64,000 bases of DNA from the human T2T-CHM13v2.0 reference genome, Homo sapiens. Below, one piece after another: positions 32,575 through 48,703 of the stretch (position 1 is the stretch's first letter; every line of letters begins with the position of its first letter). Position numbers and translations under genes: made by a program. The notes beneath the pieces are model-generated. The model saw only the letters and a list, made by a program, of their open reading frames with translations. It searched no databases and was not told the DNA's origin. The stretch lies in assembly GCF_009914755.1 (NCBI RefSeq), contig NC_060933.1, one strand, 5' to 3'.

Positions 32575-33599
32575 TAAAAATCTATGTTGTATTATTTTCT
32601 TCTAATAAAGTAACTAATCAAAAGCTCGTCATACGTTAATGGATTTTATTAAAATATTTGATCTGGCTTCCTCAAATCCATGATTTAACATTTGAATATA
32701 GAGTTATTATGTCATTTCTGAAAAACACTAAGAAGGGATTGCCACTTTCTTAGTCTACCTCAAAGTTAATATAATTCCTGTAAAAATTTCAGGGCCACTG
32801 TGGTTCTGGGATATATTTACTCTGAGTCCCTTTGAGAGCAATTGCGTTATTTTGGTACGTGGAGTTTGCTTCTTATTCTCGTCACTAATAATGCAGAGAA
32901 AAGCAGATTGGCTTATCCTTCATTCAGAACAATGATCTTATAAATATTATTTTCAGTGCCACTTCCCCGAAGTTAAAGTAACCAACTGTCCTGGTTTGCC
33001 TAAGATTCAAGGGTTTCCCAGAATGCAGGACTTTCAGGTCTAAAATCAGGCAGACCCAAGCAAACCAGTGGTTACTTACCCTACTAGAGAGTGCTGTTTG
33101 GCAAATAAAGGTTTCTGCTTTTGCTCTCTGGCCTGCTCTCCAGACATATGCAAATGTATTTTCATTGTTTGTGAAAATAATGTAAGCAAAGAAATCATGT
33201 CTAGAAAAAGAATATATGCCCATATGTTAACATTTGTCTTTGAGTGGTAGGACTATAGGTAATTTTTTTCCACTTTTTTTTCTGTAATTTTCAAACTTTC
33301 TGTGGTGAACATTTTTATACTGGTAAAATGAAAAGGTTTAGTTTTTAAATTTATGACAAATAAAAATGGGTAGATAAATAGTACCTATGTCAAAGTTAGT
33401 TGTCTATCCCATTTACAGCAAATATTCTGAGATATGCCTCTGACTTTTGGGTAGATTTTAAAAGAAATAATCATTTTTTCATATCAAGGTGTCACCAGCT
33501 GAATATTCCTAAGAAAGGAAGCTGGTGAAATGACCCAGCTTTACCCCTGCCAGGCCACAATGCACTCGTCAGGCAAACAGATGGGTGCTTGCCACTGAC

Positions 33600-33787
33600 C
33601 TTTCTCTGAGAAGGGGCTGATCCAAGGGGCCAGGAGAGGTGGAATGCTGGTAGGTGGCAAATGAAGCTTTCCCGTGGAAATCAGCATCCCCTTGTTTACT
33701 GGATGAAGACTTTCCAAACTGACTTGAATCTAAACATGATGATGAGTCACTCCTTAAAACAATCCGTTCATCTGGCTCTTTGATAAC
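33600..33787 (-). CDS. SPATA6L: SPATA6L exon (VIKEPDERIVLRSDSSSC...LDQPLLRE(R))
   Basis: 188 nt, ctcag|...AG|gtcagt, phase 0 to 2. Confidence 0.92.
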
Positions 33788-34540
33788 CTGAGTGACAATA
33801 TGCATTATTTAGTTGTAATTTTGCTTCTGTTTGCTTAATTTAGAGCTGGGGGTGGGGGTTGGACAAGGAAGATAACTCGGGCTAAGATGACAGAATATTT
33901 GCCCCAGGGATCTCCTGCAAATAGAAGAGGATCTGGAGAAGAGAAGACTAGTGACAAAATGCTCAGGAGTTCAGACTGATAAAAATAACCAAAAGTCTGT
34001 ATGTTTGGGATATATTAAAAAACCAAAATAAACTCATGCTCTGAACTTTGATTTCTGAGGACTAGGGATTATTGGTCTGGGAAAAATGTAACTTTAACAA
34101 AATATTTAAGCGCTATGGCATAAGAAGCATAGTATATTCCATTTTCTTTGCATAAATCTATTCTCATGTTGTTACATAGAAGTTTGAGCCTTCACTTTGA
34201 CAAACCAATCAAACTTCAAGAACAAGTGATTTACCACCTCTATGTATAAAATTATTTGATTAGAGAAAAAGCAATGAAAATCACTACCAATAAAGTAGGT
34301 ATTGGGTCTACATACACCCTCCTTGGTGATTCATCCTACTTATATGAGGGGCACAAACCAACTAACCCCTAAGCAAAGTATAACATGGAGTCTGGGCACA
34401 TCTTCATACAAACACTAAACTACAGCAATTCCACCTAAGCAGACTAACTAGAAATATCCACCACTGATTGGAAAAAGCACAATAATTGACATAAGATATC
34501 TGGAAGTAAATCATTTTACAAATTCTACTTCTAAAATTAC

Positions 34541-34575
34541 CTTTACGTTAGCTGCAAGGCTGTCAAGAGAAGAAG
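34541..34575 (-). CDS. SPATA6L: SPATA6L 35-nt exon ((A)SSLDSLAANVK)
   Basis: Strong polypyrimidine tract + tag|, AAG|gtaatt; phase 1 to 0 is exactly what is needed to join the flanking exons in frame. Confidence 0.88.
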
Positions 34576-34832
34576 CTAGAAGAAAGAGGAACAGGCATTT
34601 CAATGACTCATTATTACCATTTAGCCTTAAAACTGCCATTATATTTATTCTACAGCAGTACAAAAATTTTAGACAATGAATTAATTATTTAAAAACTTAA
34701 ATGCTCCCTTGTAAGTTACACTATCACTTTTAAGTCTCCCTTGAGCCACTTCAATTCTCCGGGTTGTGGGGGTTTTTTGCTTTGTTTTGTTTTTTGTTTT
34801 TGTCTTTTTGAGGTCAACAGTCAGGTTTTCTC

Positions 34833-35121
34833 TTTTTTTTTTTTTTTTTTTTGAGATGGAGTCTCACACTGTCGCCCAGGCTGGAGTGCAATGGCACAAT
34901 CTCGGCTCACTGCAATCTCCGCCTCCCAGGTTCAAGAGATTCTCTGCCTCAGCCTCCCGAGTAGCTGGGATTACAGATGCCCGCCACCATGCCCGGCCAA
35001 TTTTTTGTATTTTTAGTAGAAATGGGGTTTCACTACGTTGGCAAGGCTGGTCTCGAACTCCTGACCTCAGGTGACCCACCCGCCTCAGCCTCCCAAAGTC
35101 CTGGGATTACAGGTGTAAGCC
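34833..35121 (-). mobile_element. Alu (AluS-like)
   Basis: Antisense Alu. Confidence 0.9.
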
Positions 35122-35866
35122 TCTGGACGTTTTGTTTTCAATGACAGCACATGTGGAAGGGAGAAGGGTAAAGCAAGTCTAAAGTGAATGAGTAAGTTCA
35201 ATAACCCTTAAGCAGCCTGAAAAACTCATATTTGAGCAGGCGCCCAGAACCTAAAAGAAAGTACTGTGTGTCTAATATAAAATTTATAAACTCTGTCTCC
35301 TCTGACATTTTCTTTGGTTTTCATGGAATCCCATTTATGCAGGAGCTCTTGAATATATTTGTCCAAGGTAGACACAAATGTTAAATTGAGACAACAAATA
35401 TGTAAAAGCTTGGAGAAATATAGAACATAGCAAAAATGGAAATCACTATCATGACCATAAATGATCATGATAGGCAAGCAGACCTAATGCCGAAGTATGG
35501 CAAGGATGACTAGGAAATGAGGTAATAAAGACACAGAGAGAAAGTGAAGACTAGGTTGGATTTTTCCAGGTTGATTAAAAAATGTTTTTAAAATGAATAT
35601 TTGTAAGGCAATTCTAAGGTCAGCATGGCTTCCCCCAGTGTGACCAGGGCTCAGGCAATGACAAGGGACTTTTTCTGGACTGCTGATCCCCCTCCCCACG
35701 TCACCGGTAGATATAAAAAGAGATTTTTAAAGCCAGGCCATTTTCATATCCTTTGGGCATATACATATGTGTGTGCCACCTTGTCCCAGGAGCTCTCTTC
35801 TCTCCCACCCCCAGCTGGGCAGGAGTCAGCAATGCTAAGGCCCTTTCAGCTATAGCCACAAACCTG

Positions 35867-36010
35867 CCCTGTGGCCTCATAACCTCCTTCTCATAACCTC
35901 CTTCCCCTGTGGATTCATAACATGTGGTCTCATAACCTCCTTCCTCCTGTGGCCTCATAACCCTGTGGCCTCATAACCTCCTTCCTCCTGTGGCTTCATA
36001 AACTCCTTCC
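35867..36010. repeat. Modular minisatellite, ~26-bp unit cctgtggcctcataacctccttcct
   Basis: About six full or partial units visible. Confidence 0.85.
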
Positions 36011-36060
36011 TACCGGTTTTGAGCCCTACCTTTCACACGGGGGCCTGCCATCATTCCCTT

Positions 36061-36221
36061 GCTTCTCAAAGTGCAGTCCATAGACCAGCAGCATTCATAT
36101 CACCTGGAAGCTTGTTAGAAAAGGAGAATCCTAAGCTCCACCCCAGCCCTACTGAATCAGAATCTGCAGTTTAACAAGAGCCCCAGGTGATTCAACTGCA
36201 CATTCAGGTTTGAGAAGCACT
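36061..36221. mobile_element. MER5A-like hAT MITE
   Basis: cttctcaaagtg...ctactgaatcagaatctgca...tttgagaagcactg. Confidence 0.8.
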
Positions 36222-36955
36222 GCTGTGTTCTACCTTAGGCCTGGATGAATGAGCTGACAGGTGACCTAAGCAAAGGGCTGGCTTGAAAGCTACAGGGATT
36301 CCAAGGATCTGAGCCCAGAGGTCTGAATGTCTTCTCTAAATGTAGGTATGCCAAAAACTTGGTGTGTGACCTTTACACACATTGTAATCTCTCTGGAACC
36401 TTAGTTCTCCACATGCCAGGATTAAGAAAAGACAAAGGCCGAGACCAGTGTGATGTGTGAGTCCCATCGTAATAGAGCCTGCATTAAACCCAACTTGTCC
36501 TCCCCAGGAAAGGACATTTGCTGTTGCCTGATTTCACTGCAGTAGGAAAGACAATGCTGCTTTATAAGCTACACAGGTGATTTTCAACTCAAAGAACTTA
36601 AATTAAATGTCAGAGGTGATGAAGCACATTCTGCTTCAAACTCTACTCTGTCCTTGCAGCTGCTGTCAAACAGCTACCACAGTCTAAGAACACTGGCTTA
36701 AGTTTCCATAAGAGACTTAAAAGTAGTCCCTTAAAATGTAAACCTTTAAGCCTAAGATAAAGATCTCTATTGTCAGGGATGGCAACAGATAGAAAGTCCA
36801 GTACTACCAGCAGGCAAGAGAATGGACCACCACCATTCCTTTCCAGCCTAAGAATTTTGATTAAGTTCAGGAATGACTGATCTTCACCGACATGACCTTC
36901 ACTACTGGCATGATTCATGGATTTCAGTCAAAAGCCTACAAGGGGTTCCTTAACC

Positions 36956-37613
<658 letters not shown>

Positions 37614-38084
37614 TTGCCTTCATCTAACTGCTTCAGATAGAGTTGGCTTCCCACCTCGCTGACATGAAATCTTGTAAAGCAAATGTTACATCTCCTGATC
37701 ACCATCAATCTCCTGTTTTTTGCCATCCAGAAAAACGGAAAGCCTTATTTGTTAGGCATCAATGGTGACTTTGCAAGGGGTTCACAGCAGGACAAGTTGC
37801 ACTCTGCTTCCCCGGAACAGCCAGGGGACAACTGCAACCACAGCACACTCAGCACGCCGCTCAGAACGGTCCCCTTCAACGGCGAGGGGAATGCTCAGAC
37901 AGAAGCTTCTCAGCTGACGCTGCTTCATGGGAACACTGCCCTGGAAATTCCACAGCTGGAGAGTACTTGAGAATTAGGCTCACAGTTCTGAACATCACCT
38001 GTGATTCCTCAGAATGAAAGAGTATACTCAGGACGCATTTGTTGCCATAGGGAAATGTACAGGAGTAACAAGAAACTCGAGTAC

Positions 38085-38187
38085 CTCTTCTCGTTGGAAA
38101 CGGAAAGTCTGAAAACTTAGATTTTCTTCTAGACCTCCTCAAATGATGCTCTGAAATATTCTCACCAAAGGGCTTTGCACTGTCCAC
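38085..38187 (-). CDS. SPATA6L: SPATA6L exon (VDSAKPFGENISEHHLRRSRRKSKFSDFPFPTRR)
   Basis: 103 nt, tttcag|...G|gtactc, phase 0 to 1. Confidence 0.92.
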
Positions 38188-38613
38188 CTGAAAGTAAAGG
38201 AAAGAAATAAGACTAGAATCCACTATAGCTTCTAGTACCCTCCCCTCGTTACCGGAATGCCTGTCTCCCCCTCAATCACTGATTACACGGGTTGGAAAAA
38301 GAAGGCTGGAAAACCACCTAGAGCACAGTCTGCAAGTTTGTTACATGTTACACCTAAAAGGAGAAACTGTTTGTCCTTCACTGAGGCTAGAACATGAGGA
38401 CGTAAGCTAAACATTAGCATAAAAACTAAAGTTAGACACAAATTATATTCCAACAACTGGTAAGGATCCCGCACAGAAAGAGAGCAAGTGAAGCTTTATT
38501 TCACAATCTCTTAAAATAGGACAACGTTTCACATTCCTGAAACAGTATGAGTAGTGCTGGCCTAAATGGGGTCCTCAGTGACAGCAAGGGATTCCCATAA
38601 GATGACATTTCTA

Positions 38614-38995
<382 letters not shown>

Positions 38996-40028
38996 CTATA
39001 TTACTATGTTATTTATCTTTGGTGACTGACCATATTCTCCTAAGGAAAAATTGGGTAACATGATCTGCAAACAGGTCAAAATACTTGAACTAGGGACTCT
39101 TCCAAATAGCTACAATATAGAGTTGCTGATTTGTTTTTTACTTTCTGTTTTTTAACATTTTAATAAGGCAGGTTATAATGTTACTTTTCATTCTACTTTA
39201 ATATATTGACTTGAATTTACAGTCTTTATAACATCAGGTTTTCTAAATTTTAATGCTTCTACTTAAGGAAACATCACATATCATCAGAAAATCTGACTAA
39301 ATAAAAAAATTAAATATGTAAAATCACTGATAAAAGACTTTGGCACATAGGAAAAGCTGTATAAGAATTTGTTAAATAAAATAAGTATCAAACAAGTTTT
39401 AATCCCCTAAGAAATCTATCAAGATTTTAAGATTACTTAGTTCATAATGGCATGCACTAAAGTTGTATTTTACAATAATTTATATCAAATGAAGTAAATC
39501 AGATATATTTTCAATGAAATGAAATAAATGAAGTCAATTCGATATTTTTATGGTTACATGTTTAAAGATTGGTTGTTAGATTTTTGCCAGATGTCATTAT
39601 CCAGGCCACCAAGCAACAGCTGTTGTGTATTTTTTGTAGATAGCTGTTCTGAAGTTTCTAGCCAAACAGCTCTGTTTTACCTACAAACCAACTCTACATA
39701 CAGTTATCTCAACAGCACCTTCACTTCGAGATTTACTACAATTCATAGTCTCTGCCTAATACACAAGCATCACCACTGATGACTTTAAATCAAAATATCA
39801 ACTTAATGATACTATCAATAGTTAACATTCTGGAGAATAAGTCATTAATTAGAACACGAACTGGTGTTCACGTAGACTACAAAATAATATAGGAAATTTT
39901 TTTAATGTAATGTTAATTGGAATATATAGGAAAACTAATCTGTATATACAGTATAATTACAACTTTGTGGAAAAAATAAAGCCTATGAATGCAAGCATAA
40001 GGCAGAGAAATTGCGTCAAATTAAATCA

Positions 40029-40425
<397 letters not shown>

Positions 40426-41003
40426 TGTAAAGAGACTAAGAGAACTAGTGTGACTAAATTTGCCTACCACTACCTGAGGACAAAATCTAAGATGACTTTA
40501 ATTAAGGGCTTTGAGTATCGCACAACATTGCTTCTTCCTACAAATAAAACTTTTCTGGCTCTTCAATATATGGCCACTAAGCACCAATCTCATTAATAAA
40601 ACTCATGTAGTTTTCTTTAAAACTGATGAAGCTTTAGTTTTGGATTGATATAGAGTGTGTGCCAACCTTCATTATGCATTTGCAACCTCTGTCAGTTCAT
40701 TGACTCTTCAAGATAATGGCAAGTTATCATGTGTAGGCATTATACTCTGTTAATAATTTTCAAAAATTAAAAATAGGGATGGCTGACATTTACTGAGCAA
40801 GTCCCCTGTATAAGGTACCTTTCTAGGGGTTTCCTGACAACGATCTAGGAAATGAACATAATTTAATCACAATTATTATTCAATTTGAAGTACCTTTTTA
40901 TTGAATATTATTCATTTGTTGTTATAACTCAACCTTCCTTTCTTCCACCCTCATCCATATCCTCACTATTGCAAAATGCTCTAAAAAATAATTTTAGGCT
41001 CAC

Positions 41004-41243
41004 GTGTCTAACAACAAATGGAGGCTTGCTTCCTCCAGAGATTTTGAAATTATTTCCAAGGTTCAACTGAGCTGGCTGGTCCTGGAAGAAATGCCTGGTA
41101 GAATATTGAGAGGGCGCCCGGGCTTGCATGCCTTTGGGCAGTCTGTTGAGATTATTCTCCTTTAGTTTCATCTTTATAGTATTTAAGGGAAATATTGGTT
41201 CATGTGATGTAGATAAAGGCCTCCGTGACTCATGTCTTTCTTC
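41004..41243 (-). CDS. SPATA6L: SPATA6L exon (EERHESRRPL...GGSKPPFVVRH)
   Basis: 240 nt, tttcag|...CAC|gtgagc, phase 0 to 0; PPFVVRH resembles SPATA6. Confidence 0.93.
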
Positions 41244-41659
41244 CTGAAATAAACAAAAAAAGAATATTTTTTAAAATAAAGAAAGAAAAGAAGAAAATTC
41301 AATCAGAATATAACTGTATTTAATTGAATTTTTAAAAATTAAGGTCAAAGATAACACACCTCAGATTTATAAAACATAAACTTAAGAAGGACATTTCTCT
41401 AATTTTTTTCCTGTTCAGTTTAACATCAGTAGTATTTATAACTTGCTAGTATAATGTATTCAACTAATTAACAGTGAGATTTATTTATAATAGGGGGAAG
41501 TTAGAAAGTGTCAGACACCTCCAATAGATAGATAATAGAGAATTTGACACATAGAGGGGTCTAGCAATTTCACTTCCAGGAATGTATTATAAGGAAATAA
41601 CTATGGCTATATGTATAGCTACAAAAATGCTTATGATAGTTTAAAAGTTAGAAACCAGC

Positions 41660-42395
41660 TGTATTGGTGAGTAAGCAATTGCGCTCAGTTGCAAATCCAC
41701 CTCAGCTATATAATACTGGTCCAGGGACTCTACAAACTCCCTTTTTTGCTTTTCCACCTGGTCTCTGTAGGCTCTGCCACTGGAAGGTGCTAGAGAAAGT
41801 GCAAGGCTGGAGGAGACACAGTGACTGGCTACTTCCAGTTTTGCATTCTATTCCTGTTAGCATCATTCCTGCAACCATTCTTCGCCTTAACAGCTGCAAA
41901 TGGCTCCAGATTATAGCCTTTCCCCTATTATGCCAGGACTAGCCCCATTGCACTCCTCCAGACATATCAGCGGCAGCTGACCAGAGCCCCCTGTTCAGAT
42001 TTGAGTCTAGACCCACAGGAACCTTCCTCCAAGCTCCTGTGGCACCAGCAGTGAGCAGTGCCCCTCCTTTGAGATCTGAGTTCCAGCTCATCCAAGTCCC
42101 ACCTTCGAATTCCTGAAGAAGCATCCAGGAAAGCAGCCCTTCTCCAGAGGTCTGGGTCCCATTTCTGTTCAGTTTCTTCTTTAAGCTTCTGTGTTCTTGC
42201 TGAACCAACATCTTCCCTTTGTTTCCCCAGCCCTAGGGGTGGAAGCTGCTTCCTGCAGTTACTCTGTCATTTCAGTGTTCCCCTTTTATCTTTCAGTCTT
42301 TCTTTCAACCCCTGTTTAGCCATTTTTAAAAATTAAATCTTTCTGTTACAGTCACAAGTTTGGTGTGGTTTCCTGACTGGACCCTGGCTGATATA
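41660..42395 (-). mobile_element. Old ERV LTR-like relic
   Basis: GC-richer block ending tttcctgactggaccctggctgata, resembling an LTR terminus; family not determined. Confidence 0.4.
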
Positions 42396-43483
42396 TCAGT
42401 TAAGTGCTCAACAAAAGGAAAATGAATGGCCAGACAGATTACAGTACTTCCATACAATGGAATACTATGAAGCCATGAAAAATTGTCTGGCACAAGAGTA
42501 CCTGAGGACATGAGAAAATGTTTATCATAAATTAAGTAAAAAAAAGAAGGGTACAAAATAATATGCAATGCAGCGTGATCTCAATCTTTTTTAAAAGTGT
42601 GATGTGTGTACAGAATATACTAAAAAAATTAATGCTGATCTCTAAATGGCAAGAATGAGACAGTTTTTTTTAAGTTTTGGGTCCTTTTTGCTTATTTATC
42701 TTTGTTTTCTAATTTTCTAACATAAAGTGATACTTTTGTTTTAAGGGAAAAAAAAACAGACAGTGTGGTGGCTCATGCCTGTAATCCCAACACGTAGGGA
42801 GGCTGAAGCAGAGGATCTCTTGAGGCCAGGAGTTCAAGAAAAAAAACAATAAAACTATTTGTTTAAAAAGTTAACACTGAAAGAAGGACCTAGGAAGTTA
42901 AAACAGCATTAAGATGGTAGAATGGAAGAGAAAGAAACACTGAAAAATTGCTATGAACACATCACAAATAAATTGGAGAGAAGAGAGGATAAATAAGGCA
43001 AAACTAAAAAGCAGATAATGCCTTCCTTAAAATTAATCATTGGTCTCCCATTATATGAGTTATTTAGCTAAGAGTTTTGATAGATTTGCACAGATTATTG
43101 GCCCTTCTTTCTCATTAAGTATTCTGTAACATACAGCCCACATTTTCAAGGTCTTTTCTAGGACCCTACATGAGATCTGGGATAAGCATTTTGTTTCACT
43201 TACAGGTTTTACTCTACCCTGTCCCAAAGTATTTGGAGAAGCTTCACAAACTACCTTTATTCCTTCTCCATCTTGTTCTAGAAAGGATTTTAAGTGGCAA
43301 CAACATTATATGCAATAAGGTAAAAGCAAAACAGAAAGAAATTGGGGTGAGGGAGGCAGACACTAGGACTGAAGAAGCAAGTAAAATTGAGGTAGTACAC
43401 ATGGATGCCCTAAGACGCTTCACGCTTACCAAAGACGGACCATGAATACAATCCGAGCATCAGCCTCAGCAAAAGAAAGGTGG

Positions 43484-44086
43484 CCCCATGTTTACTGCAG
43501 CACTATTCACAATAGCCAAGATTTGGAATCAACCTAAGTGTCCATCAACAGATGAATGGATAAAGAAATTATATTACATACACATAATGGAGTGCTATTC
43601 AGCCATTATTTTTTATGTCTTGCAACAACGTGGATGGAAGTTGAGGCCATTATATCAAGTGAAATAAGCCAGGCACAGAAAGACAAACTTTATATATTCT
43701 CACTTATTTGTGGGAGCTAAAGATTAAAACAATTGAACTCATGGAGACAGAGAGTAGAATGATGGTTACCAGAGGCTGGGAAGGGTCATGAGAGCTGAGG
43801 GGGAGTGGGGATGGTTAAAGGGCACAAAAAAAAAATACAAAGAATGAATAAGATCTAGTATTTGATAGAACAACAGGGTGACTATAGTCGATAATAATTT
43901 AACTGTAAATTTTAAAATAACTAAAAGAATATAATTGGATTGTTTGTAACTCAAAAGATAAATGTTTTAGGTGATGGATACACCATTTACCTTGATGTGA
44001 TTATTACATACTGTATGCCTATATCAAAATATCTCATGTACCCCATAAATATATACAGGTACTACGTACCCATAAAAAATTAAAAT
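43484..44086 (+). mobile_element. L1MA-like 3' fragment
   Basis: ORF2 C-terminal remnant (cactattcacaatagccaag...) followed by L1MA-type 3' UTR. Confidence 0.85.
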
Positions 44087-44099
44087 TTCTAAATTTTTA

Positions 44100-44404
<305 letters not shown>

Positions 44405-44767
44405 TAAAATTTTTAAATTTTTAAAAAAGAAAGATGGAAACTGTTGTTCATAAGATCACAAGTAAATGTCATAGAACAACAATAACAAAAGCTAATTAGC
44501 TCACTTACATCAAATTTGTAATTTTAGCTTCTGAATCACCCTGCTTCCAGCTACATCATGCTGCCAAACGTATGTACCAAACATACTCTAATATGACTGG
44601 CTGAGCAAACAGTTTGAATTATAGAAATACAAACCTAGTAAAAACTTTCCAGGTTTCTACTTGTTTAGTTTCATGTAAACTTAATAAACTGAGTTTGGGC
44701 AAAAATTCTTTAAATTTGAAAAAAAAAAATCCGGTCATTTCTATCACTAGATTTGTATTGTACTTAC

Positions 44768-44845
44768 AAGAAATCTGTTTCTATGCAGAAACACACATTC
44801 TCTGATGGCTGTCCTTGTAGAAAACTCTATTTTGGGAGCAATGCC
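44768..44845 (-). CDS. SPATA6L: SPATA6L exon (GIAPKIEFSTRTAIRECVFLHRNRFL)
   Basis: 78 nt, tttatag|...|gtaagt, phase 0 to 0; end of the SPATA6 domain (APxxEFST). Confidence 0.95.
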
Positions 44846-45426
44846 CTATAAAACAGCATAAAAAAAGCAAATAAAATTACTAGAAACAGTTCTTTAGCCA
44901 TCTCCTTCTAACTTGAAATCATACAAGAACCTAACTGCTCTTCTGTGTGGCATAATCCACACACATTATCTAAAATATATATGTAATAAGAATAGCTAAA
45001 CACTTATGTAATATATATTATGTATCAGAGCCAGGCCTAAGTAATTCATATATATTAACTCATCTAATCCTAACACAACCCCATGAAGCAGGTTTTATAA
45101 TAGTATCTCCTCAACTAAGACACAGTTTAAGTAACATGTCCATCTAGTAATGAGGGCTATTAATTGAACCCAGGCATTCCGGCTCCAGTGTCCATGATGT
45201 TAGCTACTCTATTTAAAACACTGTACCATGGAATTGAATGAGATTACCTAGAGAGAGGTATGAATACAGAGCCTTCCTCTCTACCTACCTGCTTTGAAAA
45301 ACTTGCTTTATATTTTATATCAGATATTTATATTCATTAGATCTAATTCCAAATTCATTTTGTTTCATTGATTTTTCTATTTCTATTTTTTGTTCTTAGT
45401 ACCATACTGTCTAAAATATTGTGTTT

Positions 45427-45432
45427 TATATA

Positions 45433-45474
<42 letters not shown>
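45427..45474. repeat. (TG)n(TA)n microsatellite
   Basis: Directly visible. Confidence 0.9.
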
Positions 45475-45478
<4 letters not shown>

Positions 45479-45562
45479 CTATCCTGTTTAATTCTTATAA
45501 TCCTATAGGGTAGGTACAATTATTACAATCATCCTGTTTTACAGATGATAAAACTGAAAAAT

Positions 45563-45987
45563 GGGCAAAAACTAGAAACAATCCAAACATCCTTAATGGG
45601 TGAACAGATGAACTGTGGTGTATTTACATAATGGAAACTACTCGGTAATAACAAGGAACAAATGAATGACACACACAACTACATGGATGGATCTCAACAG
45701 CATTCTTCTAAGTAAGAAAAGCCAGTCTCAAAAGGTTACAGACTGTATGATTCCATTTATGTGACATTCTCAAAAAAACAAAACTATGGTGATAGAGAAA
45801 AGACTAGTGCTCAGGGTGAGGGTGAGGAAGTGCCTATAAAGGGGTAACATGAGGGGGATTTTAGGAGGGATGGGATTGTTCTACATCCTGCTCGTAGCAG
45901 TGGTTTTACAAATCTATACATGTGTTAAAATTCATAGACCTGTAGACCAAAAAAGCATCAATTTTATTGTATAATAATTTTTAAAAT
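45563..45987 (+). mobile_element. Old L1 (L1ME-like) 3' fragment
   Basis: aaaactagaaacaatccaaacatcc...gccagtctcaaaaggttacagactgtatgattccatttat. Confidence 0.7.
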
Positions 45988-47100
45988 ACAACTGCTTTCC
46001 CCAAAAAACAGGCCTAAAGAGACATTAAGGCAATTTCCCCAAATTTACAAGGTTTATAAATGGCACCACAGGGACAGGACCTGGATCTGACTAAATTACA
46101 CTGTCTCCACCTGACCCCATCGACTCACCAGTGGCCCCTCTGCATCACCTCTCTGCTCTACTCTCCCCCAGAGAACACCACCTGGCCAAGTTACTTCTTG
46201 CCCTGAGGGCATCTTCCTTCTTTTCTTTTCCATCCAAATTTTACCCATCTCTCAATGTCTGATCTCACTCTAACTCCTCCAGGTAAGCCCATAGTAGTCT
46301 CTCCCTCCAGTCTCTAATATTTCATTTTCATTTATACCACTTATACTCAAGATGCTTCCAAAACAAGGTTTGCCCCAGCTGAAGCCCTCAAGAGAAAAGA
46401 AGCCAACACCTACTGCATGCTTATTACATGTGCCAGTGCTATTAAGGGTTTCTATACATATACCAGGTATTGTGCTAAACACTATATATTACCTCATCTA
46501 ACACTCACAATAATCCTGTAAGGGATGTACCATTACAGTCTCATTTTACAGATGAGTAAACTAAGGCACAAAGAGATTAACCTAACCAAAGTCTCATAGC
46601 CATTCATGACAAAACTGGGAATGAACCCAGACAATCTGATTCCACACTTAACCACTGTACATGCAGCTGCCTAATAGATTTTCAAATTCCTGATCGACTT
46701 TGCCCAGAGTGAAGGAAGGAAGTCCCCTGCTGGTAAGGAATCCACACTCTGTAACACACTTTTGTTCACCTTATATGACCTCCACTCCTTGCAATGACTT
46801 ACAGACAATAAAGAAGAATGTATTTTCTTTTTCATACCGTGCTGTTTTTAGCATAACATTATACTTTAGAGTTGAAATTCAGAGACTATATCTCATCCAG
46901 TCTCCTTACCAATGGAACGATGGTGATAATGGTTGGTCAATAAAAGGATTTAACATAATAAATAACACAATACATAAATAAAAATAATTTTTAAATGCTT
47001 TTTATGCTCACTTTACAAAGTCAGTCTTAACCTAACATGATAATAGATAATTGTGCAATCTTCTCATTGCCTCATAGGAAAACAGTATTATTATCTTTTA

Positions 47101-47189
47101 TTATCTATTATCTAATAGATGAGACAGTAATATTATATATTATCTGATAGATGAGACAGTAATATTATCTATTATCTAATGGATGAGAC
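47101..47189. repeat. 32-bp tandem repeat, ~2.8 copies
   Basis: Unit ttatctattatctaatagatgagacagtaata starting at 47101, 47133 and 47165. Confidence 0.9.
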
Positions 47190-47711
47190 TAGATAATATT
47201 GCAAAAATAAAAAAATTCTTGACCTCACCAGGAAATAAAAAATACCATTAAGTAGCAAGTGAAATAAAACAGCAAAATACACAAATACAAAGAAAAGCCA
47301 CATGCTAGTGGAGGAAATAAATCTAATTATTAATCAATTGATAAATTAGGAGAAAATAAAGTGAATGATTTGTCTCACATATATGTAATTCATTCTTACT
47401 TCCTACAATATTAATGAAAAGAAATCAGATAGTGGGCTGAAATAAATATGAGAAAATTAGCATCATTCAGTGAGTAAGAGTGCAGGCTCTGAAGCCAGTC
47501 AGGCCAGCACGAGGGTCCCTCTTCCACCACTCACCAGTTCTGTGACCCTGAGGGCATTTCTGAAACTCTTTACACCACCTTCCCTCTCCATTAAAGTGGG
47601 GAAAGAATAGCTGTCACCTCACAAGGTGAAGGAGGACTGAACAGGATAATCCATGTAATGAGCTCAACACAGTGCCTGGTATACAGTGAGCACACAGTGA
47701 ACATCAGCTAC

Positions 47712-47911
47712 TTTTTTTTTTTTTTTTTTTTTTTGAGATGCAGTCTCACTCTGTCGCCCAGGCTGGAGTGCAGTGGCATGATCTTGGCTCACTCTGACCT
47801 CTGCCTCCTGCCTCAGCATCTCAGTAGCCGGGATTACAGGTGTGCACCACCATGCTCAACTAATTTTTGTATTTTCAGTAGAGACGAGGTTTCACTGTGC
47901 TGGCCAGGCTG
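47712..47911 (-). mobile_element. 5'-truncated Alu with internal deletion
   Basis: TSD aacatcagcta at 47700-47710 and 47913-47923. Confidence 0.88.
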
Positions 47912-47990
47912 AAACATCAGCTATTATCGAAGTGATGGCTCTTTTTTGTGGTATCTCGGAGGCAATCAGCTGCTTCAAGATGAAGCTGAA

Positions 47991-48703
<713 letters not shown>

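Noticed and set aside
36643-36918. 91-aa non-repeat minus-strand ORF in a SPATA6L intron
   Set aside because: No recognisable protein, and the flanking exons already join in phase without it.
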